Below, in pieces: positions 10,662 to 20,648 of a DNA stretch of 63,847 bases (positions are counted from its first letter, which is position 1; every line of letters starts with the position of its first letter). The notes beneath the pieces are model-generated. The model did not search any database and was not told where the DNA came from. It worked only from the letters and a program-made list of their open reading frames with translations. This DNA comes from a virus (taxonomy: Duplodnaviria; Caudoviricetes), in IMG/VR virus record IMGVR_UViG_3300025131_000031, positions 1 through 63,847 of that record; one strand, given 5' to 3'. The position numbers and the translations under genes are program-made.

Positions 10662-11075
10662 ATGAAGATCAAAAAATCCGACATAGTAGATATTATTAAA
10701 GAAGTAATCAGTGAAAAAGAAGATGATGGAACAGAATTACCTGGAGATCATTTCGATAGTGATAGTGCGAGAGTATTTTTCAATGCCGAAGATGCTCAAT
10801 GGGCTGTAGATTCTTATAAATCAGATGATGCATGGGAAATATCTGTAGTTCCTAGTGTTTTTGGATCTAAGAGGGGTTCACACAAAAGAGCTAATAGAGA
10901 TGCTGTAGTAAAAGCAGCTGCTCCTTATATAAAAAAGCTTTTAAGCAAAATCAAAGCTAAGACGATTATATTAGTTGGTGCAAAAGGTAGTTGGATAGCA
11001 GGAAAATCAAATGTCATACCAGGATATAAAGCTACAGGCAAGAATCGCAAAAACATTATAATGTCAAAGGGATAG
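10662..11075 (+). CDS. small protein with MKIKKSDIVDIIKEVISE leader
   Basis: AGGAG RBS; shared leader motif. Confidence 0.7.
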   Translation: MKIKKSDIVDIIKEVISEKEDDGTELPGDHFDSDSARVFFNAEDAQWAVDSYKSDDAWEISVVPSVFGSKRGSHKRANRDAVVKAAAPYIKKLLSKIKAKTIILVGAKGSWIAGKSNVIPGYKATGKNRKNIIMSKG

Positions 11076-11083
11076 ATAATATT

Positions 11084-11296
11084 ATGAAATTGAGAGAGAC
11101 ACTAACAGAAAGTAAAGTGGCCACAGATATAGTAAAAGCATTCAATAAGAAATATTTCAAAGTAAAATCATCTAAATCTGGTAAAGCAGAAGTCATTAGA
11201 ATAGAATACAATGATGCTGATGGTGATAAGAGTTGGATGAAATGGACTATAACAGATGAGGCTATTAAATTAGATGAAGATTTTGATAGTTTTTAA
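11084..11296 (+). CDS. small protein with MKLRETLTE leader
   Basis: leader nearly identical to that of the next ORF. Confidence 0.7.
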   Translation: MKLRETLTESKVATDIVKAFNKKYFKVKSSKSGKAEVIRIEYNDADGDKSWMKWTITDEAIKLDEDFDSF

Positions 11297-11321
11297 ACTA
11301 CCAACTTTTGGAGAAAAAGTA

Positions 11322-11693
11322 ATGAAGCTACGCGATACATTAACTGAAGGCAAGATGTCAGGCCTAATGAATAAGGTAAAATCTATTTTCAAAGATAAGA
11401 AATATTATAGAATAGAAAATAGAAAAACTCAAGATGGCATAGAGTTAATAATCACAATGAATATGGATGGCGGCGATTATCAATTCAGATTTGTCTTCAA
11501 TGAAGATATAGATGGAGTATATTACCAAGATGACGATGGCGCTTATGCTTCCGACCTCATTAATAAGACTGCACCTGAAGAGCATAATAGAGATGATTGG
11601 ATGTGGGGAGGCATTTCTTCAGCCTGGTTTTCAAAGAACTTGAAATATTTTCAAGTTCCAGATGCAGAAGAAATGGGATTAGAACCTCTATAA
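11322..11693 (+). CDS. small protein with MKLRDTLTE leader
   Basis: start moved to ATG 11322 (GGAG RBS, shared leader). Confidence 0.7.
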   Translation: MKLRDTLTEGKMSGLMNKVKSIFKDKKYYRIENRKTQDGIELIITMNMDGGDYQFRFVFNEDIDGVYYQDDDGAYASDLINKTAPEEHNRDDWMWGGISSAWFSKNLKYFQVPDAEEMGLEPL

Positions 11694-11754
11694 AGTTTAA
11701 AAATATATACAAGCTTAATTAGAATATATAAAGCACTAGCAAGGAGAGTTTCGT

Positions 11755-12195
11755 ATGATAAATACTGTACTATTAGCTACATTCATCAATAATAGACGGA
11801 ATGTTAGCTCTGTTTTAAAATTAATATCAGACAACTTTGAAGTAAATAACGATAAAGTATTTCTTTTGAAGAACTCAGATGATGAAGATCAGTACGTTCT
11901 AACGTATAATATTATAAGGAAAGATATTAAATTTTCTGACATTGTTAGAAACACTATTTCATTGCATAGAAAGAAAGATACAAATACTTTATACACACTT
12001 AATGCGCTGAATGAAGTCGTGCTGCTACAAAACAATGGACAGCTGGATGAATCTTTTAGCGTTGATTGGAATGAATACAAGAATTGTATATTACTGACAA
12101 AGTATATGGAAGATGATATTTCAGATACTGAATCAGAAACTTTTGAACTACGGAGAATAAATACTGAGTTAGTAAAAGTGTTTACATTAAGATAG
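11755..12195 (+). CDS. hypothetical phage protein
   Basis: AGGAG RBS; NTISLHRKK..NTLYTLNALN block recalled from large-phage hypothetical proteins. Confidence 0.7.
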   Translation: MINTVLLATFINNRRNVSSVLKLISDNFEVNNDKVFLLKNSDDEDQYVLTYNIIRKDIKFSDIVRNTISLHRKKDTNTLYTLNALNEVVLLQNNGQLDESFSVDWNEYKNCILLTKYMEDDISDTESETFELRRINTELVKVFTLR

Positions 12196-12204
12196 AGGGC
12201 ATAA

Positions 12205-14652
12205 ATGATAAAGTCGAATATTGAAGATGTGTTTGTTTCCATCATCTTGTTAGCCGAAGATACTGGTGTTGAACATACCAAGGCAGCTATAGATAATGTA
12301 TTAGAGCAAACACATAAAAATCTGGAAATAGTTATATCAACACTATTTGATGATGAAGAACTAAGAGCAAAATACGATAATAACTGGAACATAAAATTCA
12401 TTAAAGCTTCCAAGGGAATTGATTTTCTCAAAGAAGCTATTAATGAAACAAAAGGTGACATAATATTCTATAAGACTGTAACAAATGTCTTATGGTTTCC
12501 CCGACACATACAGGCGCATTTAGAGGAATTCAAGCAGCAAAGAAAAGCTAAATGGGCCTTGAGTCATGTTGAGTATAGAGATTTGGCTAATCCAGATCAT
12601 CCCCTCAATACGATTGGATATAGAATAGAGAATCCTCCTGAGACGGTTAAGATTATACTTGATGAGATTGCTCATTACAAGGAAGTTGCAACTAATTGGG
12701 GAGAGTGTGTAGCACAACACGAAGGGGAAAATCTGTTTATGGCAGGTTTAATCCTTAAGCAATGGAATGAAGAAAGATTATCAGGAGTCATTCCATCTGA
12801 ATTAACTGTTGTTCAATGGATTCCGGTTGATGGTGACAATCAAATGTCATATGAAGAAATGGCTAAGCAACTTGGAACCCCAGTCGAAACAGAAATTAAA
12901 GATGAAAATAAATTTATTGATGGTAACATAGAAGTTGTAAGAACATTACCGACAGTTATGGGTAACTCTCATCTCGATGAGGCTTATAATAATCAGATGA
13001 GAGAAGCTATCAAAACAACTGTTGACATTAAAACGATTGGTATCAAGAGAACAATAGGACTGGGTGATGTAATATTAGTGGAGCCAATCATAAAGAAGCT
13101 TAAGGAAAAACATCCAGAAGCTATAATAACTTTATACACAGCTAAGCCTGATATAGTGAAATATTTCAAGAACAAGCCGCATGATGTTCAAACAATAGAA
13201 GAAAATCAATTGCTTCAAGACTTTCTTTCTACAACACAGAATCAATTGAAGTATGATCTTGATCTTTCTTATGAGAGTAGATTAGGAACACCATTCATTG
13301 AAGCGTATACTGCTGTTTGCGGAATAGAATGGAATGATTACAAAGATAAACATCCTCAGTTAGAAGGCGGAGATGGTGGAGGAGTTGCAAAAGATAGACC
13401 ATATGTTGTAGTAGTTGGTGATGGATCTGGTTGGGCTGGTAAATCTTGGGGACAAGAAAACTATAAAGAGGTTGTACAAAACATAATCGATAGAGAATTC
13501 AGAGTAGTTGAGCCTGGATTTGAAATATTTAGTGGATTGACTGATGATCAACATGCAAAATGTGATTTAAATGAGTTGGTTACTATTATAAGAGATTGTT
13601 ATTTCTATATCGGAACTGATAATGGCCCTATGCATATAGCTAGAGCATTCAATAAGCCTTGTATCATTATAGCTGGAGCTGCAATTCCATATTTCTCTAC
13701 TCCAAATAGAGAAAAGATATTTTATGTCCAAGATAATTCATTAGATTGTTTGGGTTGCAAACATAAGCAATTCTTTAGTTCGCAAGGATCTAATAATCTA
13801 ACATTCGTTCCAACATGTACTAATGAAACAGGCGTATTGTGCATGCAAACTATCAAGCCCGAACATGTCATAAGAGCTATAGATAAATTTTTAGATAGAC
13901 CAAGATCAATATTCAGACCTAAAACTCCTACTGATTTCTATTTCAATATCCCAGGGCATTCTTATTACTATGATGAAGGAATAGATCTTATTCAGCGAAG
14001 TGATATTGAAGAACATCCTGATCAAGTAGATGATTTACACGAACAATATTCTAGTAGATGGGAAGAGGTTTATGAAAAATATTCTAAGACTTTTGTAGAG
14101 GAAGTTTTGAAACATAGACATGCTGAATCTCAGTTTAAAGAAGGAGATAAGAGAACATTTCTAGATGTTGGATGTAATATTGGATTAGTTGTTAAGGCCG
14201 CTGAAGAAGCTGGATTCAATGCGATTGGAATAGATTTGAATAGAAGTTCTATACTCAAAGGTAATGAATTATTTTCAAATTTGAAGCTTATTGAAGGTGA
14301 TTTTATGGATAGATCTACTCAACCAAATGTCGATAATGACTGGAAAGAATTAGAGTATGATATTATAGCCTGCAATCAAACTCTAGAACACATTTCAGAT
14401 CCTGTAAGATTCTTAAAAAGATGTAAAGAATATATGAGCGATACAGGCCTCATGTTCATTGGAATTCCATCGATGGATGAAGAAGGTGCTAGAGATAAAA
14501 TGCATAGATTCCAAACATTAGGAACTGGTGAACATACATGGCTGCCAACTAATAAATCATTTGAATACCTGATGAAGAAAGTAAAACTAAACTATGAACA
14601 CTTACAAGATACAAGCAAAGGAATATTTGTCAAAGCATGGAAGAGAACATAG
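12205..14652 (+). CDS. three-domain GT2-like / GT9 heptosyltransferase-like / SAM methyltransferase fusion
   Basis: N-terminal VSII...AIDNVLEQT; GLGDV and IGTDNGPMHIARA (GT9); FLDVGCNIG and TLEHISDP (class I MTase). Confidence 0.8.
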   Translation: MIKSNIEDVFVSIILLAEDTGVEHTKAAIDNVLEQTHKNLEIVISTLFDDEELRAKYDNNWNIKFIKASKGIDFLKEAINETKGDIIFYKTVTNVLWFPRHIQAHLEEFKQQRKAKWALSHVEYRDLANPDHPLNTIGYRIENPPETVKIILDEIAHYKEVATNWGECVAQHEGENLFMAGLILKQWNEERLSGVIPSELTVVQWIPVDGDNQMSYEEMAKQLGTPVETEIKDENKFIDGNIEVVRTLPTVMGNSHLDEAYNNQMREAIKTTVDIKTIGIKRTIGLGDVILVEPIIKKLKEKHPEAIITLYTAKPDIVKYFKNKPHDVQTIEENQLLQDFLSTTQNQLKYDLDLSYESRLGTPFIEAYTAVCGIEWNDYKDKHPQLEGGDGGGVAKDRPYVVVVGDGSGWAGKSWGQENYKEVVQNIIDREFRVVEPGFEIFSGLTDDQHAKCDLNELVTIIRDCYFYIGTDNGPMHIARAFNKPCIIIAGAAIPYFSTPNREKIFYVQDNSLDCLGCKHKQFFSSQGSNNLTFVPTCTNETGVLCMQTIKPEHVIRAIDKFLDRPRSIFRPKTPTDFYFNIPGHSYYYDEGIDLIQRSDIEEHPDQVDDLHEQYSSRWEEVYEKYSKTFVEEVLKHRHAESQFKEGDKRTFLDVGCNIGLVVKAAEEAGFNAIGIDLNRSSILKGNELFSNLKLIEGDFMDRSTQPNVDNDWKELEYDIIACNQTLEHISDPVRFLKRCKEYMSDTGLMFIGIPSMDEEGARDKMHRFQTLGTGEHTWLPTNKSFEYLMKKVKLNYEHLQDTSKGIFVKAWKRT

Positions 14653-15345
14653 ATGGTAAATAAAGATATGATTCCTGAAGAGGAAAGAACTTACCAAGAG
14701 TTTGTGAAAGTTATAAACACTGAAGATCATTATGTCGGTGGATGGGATTCAAGATCTGTCCAGGGCCCATTATCTCCTGGAAATGAAATAGTATCATTGA
14801 GAGAAATTGTAATGGAAGTTATGCCAGCTGGAAACGTAATAGAGATAGGTTGTTGGATGGGATTATCTACTACAACAATAGCTCTATCACTAAAAGAAAG
14901 ATGGACAGATAGATATAAGCTTTATGCAATTGATCCTCATGATTCAGAACATTCTATGAAAACTGATAGCACAAAAGAATACTTTGGCAATACGCCTGGT
15001 GGTTGGGACATGCATGAAGTATTTTGGAGAAATTTACAGAAGTGGGGAATAGCTGATTTGGTGGATTTCACAAGAGCTAAATCTCATGATGTGAAGAATC
15101 TCAAACAGTTTAAAGATGTTGGATTCTTATGGATAGATGGTGATCATAGAGCTGAATCTGTAGAAATGGATTTATCTAGATTTGCTCCATTGGTTATTCC
15201 AAATGGTATTATAGCTCTTCATGATAAGAATCTAGCTGGTGTTAGAGATTCTATTGAAAACTTTATGGAAGCAAATGAAGAATATGTTGTGCATGAAGAC
15301 ATGTTAGAGAGTGATTTAATCTACTTCTTGAAGAAAAAATTATGA
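14653..15345 (+). CDS. class I SAM-dependent methyltransferase (Methyltransf_24-like)
   Basis: IEIGCWMGLST, AIDP, WIDGDH, GIIALHD. Confidence 0.85.
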   Translation: MVNKDMIPEEERTYQEFVKVINTEDHYVGGWDSRSVQGPLSPGNEIVSLREIVMEVMPAGNVIEIGCWMGLSTTTIALSLKERWTDRYKLYAIDPHDSEHSMKTDSTKEYFGNTPGGWDMHEVFWRNLQKWGIADLVDFTRAKSHDVKNLKQFKDVGFLWIDGDHRAESVEMDLSRFAPLVIPNGIIALHDKNLAGVRDSIENFMEANEEYVVHEDMLESDLIYFLKKKL

Positions 15346-15359
15346 AGAGATAACCTTTA

Positions 15360-15500
15360 AATTAAGTAATACAACCTATACACCAGATTTTTTCATTTAC
15401 GATGAGAAGGGAGAGTTAATGAGAATAGAGGAATTTAAAAACAAATATAGAGAGCACAAACATAAATTTCATATATTATATAAAGATGATTTAGAAAGGG
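15360..15500 (+). pseudogene. possible endonuclease gene remnant
   Basis: reads TYTPDF then, in a shifted frame, RIEEFKNKY..FHILYKDDLE; no intact ORF. Confidence 0.35.
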
Positions 15501-15968
15501 GTGATTAAAACGGAAACAGTAGGAGACTTATTTGATAAGCTTTGCATTTTAGAAAAAAGGCAACAAGTATTTAAAAATGAGAGTGAAAGACCAACAGATG
15601 TGCAAAAACATCTTAAAGAGCAGAAGAGAGTGCTACTAAGATATCTCTCCGAGATTATGTTCGATGTATGCAATGGCGATAGATTAGCTGAATTCAAGAA
15701 ATATAAAATATATGATAAGAAAGTAGCGACGGCTATGGAAGATAGTTTTGTTCATTCTATAGTGCAGTTAAATACAATAACACATGAGCTCTGGGATTTA
15801 GAAGATCAGAGAAGAGATAGATCATTATCTGATAATGAAAGACTAGGTGCAGCAGATAAAATCTCAATGTTCAATAAAAGAAGAAATGATGTTATAGATC
15901 ATATCAATGAAATATTTTCAATAGTCCAAGAGGAGGAGTCCGCCGATGGAAGAGGAGGAGTAGGATGA
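15501..15968 (+). CDS. hypothetical protein (DUF4254/DUF6165-like, glycan-cluster associated)
   Basis: GDLFDKLCILE, LWDLED..R, N.RR...I..IN. Confidence 0.55.
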   Translation: MIKTETVGDLFDKLCILEKRQQVFKNESERPTDVQKHLKEQKRVLLRYLSEIMFDVCNGDRLAEFKKYKIYDKKVATAMEDSFVHSIVQLNTITHELWDLEDQRRDRSLSDNERLGAADKISMFNKRRNDVIDHINEIFSIVQEEESADGRGGVG

Positions 15969-16945
15969 AAAAAGTTTTAATATCAGGTGCTAATGGTCAA
16001 TTGATGCTAGATGTAAAAGATGCTCTAAACAAATATGAAGATATATTTTCAGTAAAGGGATACTCTGGTAGAGATATGTGGGATGTTACTGACTCTGAAG
16101 AATCGGAAAGAAGATTTCACGTTCATTCACCAGACATTTATATCCACGGAGCTTCTTATCACGTTGTAGATCAAATAGAAAAAGATCCTGTGAAAGCTCT
16201 AGATGTGAATGTAGCTTCTTTGCATAGAATAGCAAAGCTTTGTAATGACTACAATACTATGCTAATTAACTTCTCAACTGATTATGTATTTTCAGGGAAC
16301 GATGTAGGCCCGAAAAATCCAGGAGAACTAAGTACATTGACATCATTATCAGTACCAACAATGATTGCTAGAATGGAATCTACTGGCCCTAAAGTTAATT
16401 TCGCTAAAGGTTACCCAGAAAACTGGACTCCTGATCCTGTGAATTTTTATGGATTGACAAAATATGCTGGTGAAAAGGCTGTGAGTAATAGTGCTGAGTT
16501 ATATTTAAATATAAGGGTATGTGGTTTGTTTGGTAATAGAGGTAGTAAATCGAAAGGCTGTGTTAATTTTCCTTTATTGGTGTTAGACAAGTTAGATGCT
16601 AATGAACAAATGAAAGTGGTTAATGACCAGTATACGACCATTGGCTATACGAGAGATATAGCTGAAAACTTAGTTAATCAATTACGTACTATAGGTGAAA
16701 ACGGAGATTACTTTTATAAATCTACTATTCATTTAATGAACGAAGGAATATTAACTTGGTATGAACTTGCACTATTCATTGCTCAAATAAAAGGTAAAGA
16801 ACATTTGATAACACCTGTAAGCAGTGATGAAAATTACAGCGATGTTAAACGTGCAAAATATACAGCATTGAAAAACTCTTATACGAAACTGCCGCCCTGG
16901 CAATCAGCAATAGTTCGATACTTACAGGAAATACGGAGATTATAA
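15965..16945 (+). CDS. rmlD: dTDP-4-dehydrorhamnose reductase-like SDR
   Basis: GANGQL, STDYVF, PVNFYGLTKYAGE, VVNDQ. Confidence 0.85.
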   Translation: MKKVLISGANGQLMLDVKDALNKYEDIFSVKGYSGRDMWDVTDSEESERRFHVHSPDIYIHGASYHVVDQIEKDPVKALDVNVASLHRIAKLCNDYNTMLINFSTDYVFSGNDVGPKNPGELSTLTSLSVPTMIARMESTGPKVNFAKGYPENWTPDPVNFYGLTKYAGEKAVSNSAELYLNIRVCGLFGNRGSKSKGCVNFPLLVLDKLDANEQMKVVNDQYTTIGYTRDIAENLVNQLRTIGENGDYFYKSTIHLMNEGILTWYELALFIAQIKGKEHLITPVSSDENYSDVKRAKYTALKNSYTKLPPWQSAIVRYLQEIRRL

Positions 16946-17167
16946 ATGACAGTTGAAGAAGCTAGCAAACTCAGGTTTGTGAGTGGAACGGAAAACTGTT
17001 TTTTAAGAGAAGGTGAAAAATATTTATCAGGTGAGAATTTGAAGTTTGAAAATCAAATGAAGAACATAAAAGAAACAGGAGATAACACATTTTATTTCTT
17101 TGAAGTTATAAGAAGTGATCCTCTTTTATTAAAATATAATAAGGACAAATTGGAAAAGATAAGATAA
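16946..17167 (+). CDS. hypothetical protein
   Basis: 73-aa ORF in operon context. Confidence 0.5.
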   Translation: MTVEEASKLRFVSGTENCFLREGEKYLSGENLKFENQMKNIKETGDNTFYFFEVIRSDPLLLKYNKDKLEKIR

Positions 17168-17202
17168 ACAATTCGAAATAATATTAGAAGAGAGGTTAAA
17201 AT

Positions 17203-17748
17203 ATGAGTTTTAGATTTCATCAGGATGATCGCGGGATTAGGTATTGTGATATTTTTCCTGAAATAGGCAAGGGCGATATAAATGTGACTGTGATTGAAAG
17301 TGGAGCTGTAGCACTCTGGCACCGACATGAACATCAAAGCGATTACCAATTGGTCGTTAAAGGATCATTGAAGATTGGTATGTGTAATATGCCATTATAT
17401 AAAATGATGGATGATGTAGATTATAAAAAATCCGATCTAGAAAAAGAGTGGAAAGAGAAGTATTTCAAGATATATTGTAACATAGTATATTCTGATGAAC
17501 CTGAAAACTTTTTGTTTCCCAATGTTTTCTCCAAAAATGAATCTAAAGTATATTGGCATTACTTATCAGAAAAATCAGCCAACCGAGGACCATTATTCAT
17601 TCCGGCTGGTTTATGGCACGGATGCTACAATTATACAGATGAACAAGCAATTCTAATTTACCACATCACAAATAAATGGGATGGTAAAGATGAAGACAGA
17701 TGTGATCCTGAAATGATGGGTTGGGATTATACTCGTCAAATTAAATAG
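17203..17748 (+). CDS. RmlC-like cupin (sugar 3,5-epimerase family)
   Basis: HQDDRG, WHRHEHQ.D, LFIPAGLWHG. Confidence 0.8.
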   Translation: MSFRFHQDDRGIRYCDIFPEIGKGDINVTVIESGAVALWHRHEHQSDYQLVVKGSLKIGMCNMPLYKMMDDVDYKKSDLEKEWKEKYFKIYCNIVYSDEPENFLFPNVFSKNESKVYWHYLSEKSANRGPLFIPAGLWHGCYNYTDEQAILIYHITNKWDGKDEDRCDPEMMGWDYTRQIK

Positions 17749-17859
17749 TTATATGGTTTTATCAAAGATAGCAAAAGGAGATAATATTTTTCATTCTGGC
17801 AGAGGTATACCAAAAAAGTATAACAGGCTTGATGGCTATAAGATAATAAGAGAAGCTAA

Positions 17860-18123
17860 ATGAATCAATGGTACCCGAAGTGGGATTCGAACTGTTGTAA
17901 TCCTCAACCTCCTGCAGGATATAGATGGGATTTTTGTACTCAAACAATGGAGCCAGATCCTGATTACATTATAGTTCCAAAGAATGAAGTAGAAATAAAA
18001 GATCCAGATAAATGTACTTGTAACACTAGAAACCTAATGACTTATGGATGTGATTGCGGAGCATTCAAGAATGAACAAGTTCAAATAAGAAAGAAACGTA
18101 AAAGGTATAGGAAATACACATGA
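17860..18123 (+). CDS. Cys-rich protein with CxC-x4-LM-x2-GCxCG motif
   Basis: CTCNTRNLMTYGCDCGA. Confidence 0.6.
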   Translation: MNQWYPKWDSNCCNPQPPAGYRWDFCTQTMEPDPDYIIVPKNEVEIKDPDKCTCNTRNLMTYGCDCGAFKNEQVQIRKKRKRYRKYT

Positions 18124-18518
18124 GTTTTCATATGGCTATTCCAGATTTTATATCAAGGGTTGTTAAAGATAATCCAAGTGTAGAGGAAAAAACTCTATTC
18201 GATTTGATTATAGATATAGCTAAAAGAATGAAGATAGATGGTTGTCAATTGAATTTTATGGTCGACCGGGATGGATACGTTGCAGCTTGGAATCACAACA
18301 TTTTTCCTAATGTTACCATATATTCATTTAACGTGTTTACAGAAAATTTTATGAAAGAGAATATCTATGATCATCTCAGTCAAGAAGACTTTGGTAGAAT
18401 ATCTATTTCATTCAAACAACATGATAATAAAGATACACTTGTTCCGAGAACCAAGCCTAGTTGTACTTGCAGTACTAAACAATTGATGAGGGAAGGATGT
18501 ATTTGTGGGGCAATCTAA
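18120..18518 (+). CDS. hypothetical protein with C-terminal CxC-x4-LM-x2-GCxCG motif
   Basis: CTCSTKQLMREGCICGA. Confidence 0.65.
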   Translation: MSFHMAIPDFISRVVKDNPSVEEKTLFDLIIDIAKRMKIDGCQLNFMVDRDGYVAAWNHNIFPNVTIYSFNVFTENFMKENIYDHLSQEDFGRISISFKQHDNKDTLVPRTKPSCTCSTKQLMREGCICGAI

Positions 18519-19644
18519 AAGTTTAAAAAATGATTCAGAAAAATTAATATTAAATGACTCATTCAAATTAGTTCCTAAAAATGAGAAGGAAACACATCTA
18601 ATAACAGGTGGTTTGGGTCATATTGGTTCATACATAGTAGAGCATCTTGCAGAAACTAGAAAAAAATGCAGGATTGTAGTAGTTGATAATCTATACAATG
18701 GTAAGATAGAGAATATAAAAGAAGCTAAGAAGAAGGCATCAAAAAGATCGAATGAAATAACTCACATAAATGAAGATATAGCAGACTACGACTATATAGA
18801 TGATATTTTTGAAGAATATAAACCTCAATTCGTATATCATCAAGCTTCAATGCTTACACAAGATACAAGAGAATTTAGACTAAAAGGATTTCAAGTTAAT
18901 ACTTCAGGCTTTACAAATGTTATAGAATTATGCAAGAGATATTCTGTTCACAAACTAGTATATGCTTCTTCTGCATCTGTTTATGGTAATCCAGAAATAG
19001 TTCCTACTAAGGAAGATCATCATTTCAATAATTGCAAATTGCTCTATGGAGCTACAAAAATTGCAAATGAATTTATAGCAAGATCATATGCAGATCAAGT
19101 CGGATTAAGAGTTATTGGCTTAAGATATTTCAATGTATATGGATCAAGACAATCAACAGCTAATGTTTATACTCAAATAGTTCCAAAGTGGATCAATGAA
19201 ATGCTATCAGGTAATGTTCCTCCGATTATAGAAATTTATGGAGATGGTAGTCAAACAATGGATATGATCCACGGAAAAGATGTTGGTAGATTAAATGTTT
19301 TGGCAATGAGAAAAGATTTACAAGCGGGAACAATGTTTCAAGATAAGCATCCAGGTCTGCATACTACAACTTATGAAAGAGAATTTGATGGCTTTCTGAA
19401 TATAGGATCTGGCATACAAACTAGTGTATTAGAATTGTATGCCGTTATTAAAGAAGAATTAGAGTTGCAAACAGATATGGAAATTAATGCATTACAATTA
19501 TTTCAAAAACATGACCCTGCACTAGTAAAAGAAAGACAAGCTGATACTCACTTAATGCACAAACTCCTTGGAAAACATTCGATTGATGTTAGAAAAGGAA
19601 TATCAATGACAATTAAAGATATACTGAAAACTCGGAGAAAGTAG
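18505..19644 (+). CDS. NAD-dependent sugar epimerase/dehydratase (GalE-like)
   Basis: ITGGLGHIGS, ASSASVYG, YGATK, LRYFNVYG; exact start uncertain. Confidence 0.9.
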   Translation: MGQSKSLKNDSEKLILNDSFKLVPKNEKETHLITGGLGHIGSYIVEHLAETRKKCRIVVVDNLYNGKIENIKEAKKKASKRSNEITHINEDIADYDYIDDIFEEYKPQFVYHQASMLTQDTREFRLKGFQVNTSGFTNVIELCKRYSVHKLVYASSASVYGNPEIVPTKEDHHFNNCKLLYGATKIANEFIARSYADQVGLRVIGLRYFNVYGSRQSTANVYTQIVPKWINEMLSGNVPPIIEIYGDGSQTMDMIHGKDVGRLNVLAMRKDLQAGTMFQDKHPGLHTTTYEREFDGFLNIGSGIQTSVLELYAVIKEELELQTDMEINALQLFQKHDPALVKERQADTHLMHKLLGKHSIDVRKGISMTIKDILKTRRK

Positions 19645-19974
19645 ATGGAAGTATTATTTTCAACAACAAGGATTGAAAATCCTGCTAACAATTTAGACTA
19701 TTTGCAAGTCGATGCAGAAGTTACTGAATTCAATGAAAAAGCTCAAGTGAATATTCAGTGGAGTGAAATCCCAGTAAATTCTAAAATAGCTACTTCAAAA
19801 TTCTTTAAAGATCTTAAGGTAGCATTTGAAAACATTTTGGCAAATAGACTAGTCATAAAGAAGGACACAAAAATAAATTCATTACATCAAATAGTAAATA
19901 ATGGAATAAATACTGATCTGCCAGGTACTATTGATCCTGTTAGAATTAATGCGTTTGAACAAAGAATAGTTTAG
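19645..19974 (+). CDS. hypothetical protein
   Basis: 109-aa coupled ORF. Confidence 0.6.
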   Translation: MEVLFSTTRIENPANNLDYLQVDAEVTEFNEKAQVNIQWSEIPVNSKIATSKFFKDLKVAFENILANRLVIKKDTKINSLHQIVNNGINTDLPGTIDPVRINAFEQRIV

Positions 19975-19982
19975 GAGGTTTT

Positions 19983-20132
19983 ATGTTAAAAAAGATTTTT
20001 TTCTCATAGGAAAATGGATAATCTGATCTTCTCTTTGAAGATAGTAAATTTAATAAGGAGTTGAATTCTTGTGATTGTGAAATCAATCACCTAATGGCCA
20101 ACGGCTGTACTTGTGGAGCAATGGAGGATTAA
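19983..20132 (+). pseudogene. broken ORF ending in the CxC-x4-LM-x2-GCxCG motif
   Basis: strong RBS+ATG at 19983 hits early stops; 3' part reads CDCEINHLMANGCTCGAMED*. Confidence 0.55.
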
Positions 20133-20648
20133 ATGTTAAAAACGTTATGTGAAAACGATTGGGTTTCACTATTAGATTTAAATGGTTATGTATACAGTCA
20201 TGAAACAAGATGCAACGGAGTTATTGTAGCCATTTTACCTTATAGAAGAAATGAAAAAGGTCGGCTACAATTTTTGTTAAGAAGAGAGATTACACCTTGT
20301 TGGTCTATGGAATTTGAAGATTCAGCTATAACAGGTGGATTAGAAAAGAATGATTCTATATTTACAGTTCTTAAAGAGCTTCACGAAGAGGCTGGTTATA
20401 AAGCAGAACAAAATGAATTGAAGATTTTAGGAAAATGTAGAGCTTCAAAATCTACTGATACTGAGTATCATTTATATGCGATCAATGTTCAGAATAAAGA
20501 GCAAGGAGCATTAGAAGGTGATGAACTCGATGATGATGCAATAAACAAAGATGCAAGTGTAGTCTGGTCCGATGATGCAGATTCTGTTGACCCATTGGTA
20601 TCTGTAATGTATGTTAGATTAATGAGAATATTGGGAGAAGAACTATGA
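20133..20648 (+). CDS. NUDIX hydrolase
   Basis: Nudix box ITGGLE...VLKELHEEAGY. Confidence 0.8.
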   Translation: MLKTLCENDWVSLLDLNGYVYSHETRCNGVIVAILPYRRNEKGRLQFLLRREITPCWSMEFEDSAITGGLEKNDSIFTVLKELHEEAGYKAEQNELKILGKCRASKSTDTEYHLYAINVQNKEQGALEGDELDDDAINKDASVVWSDDADSVDPLVSVMYVRLMRILGEEL

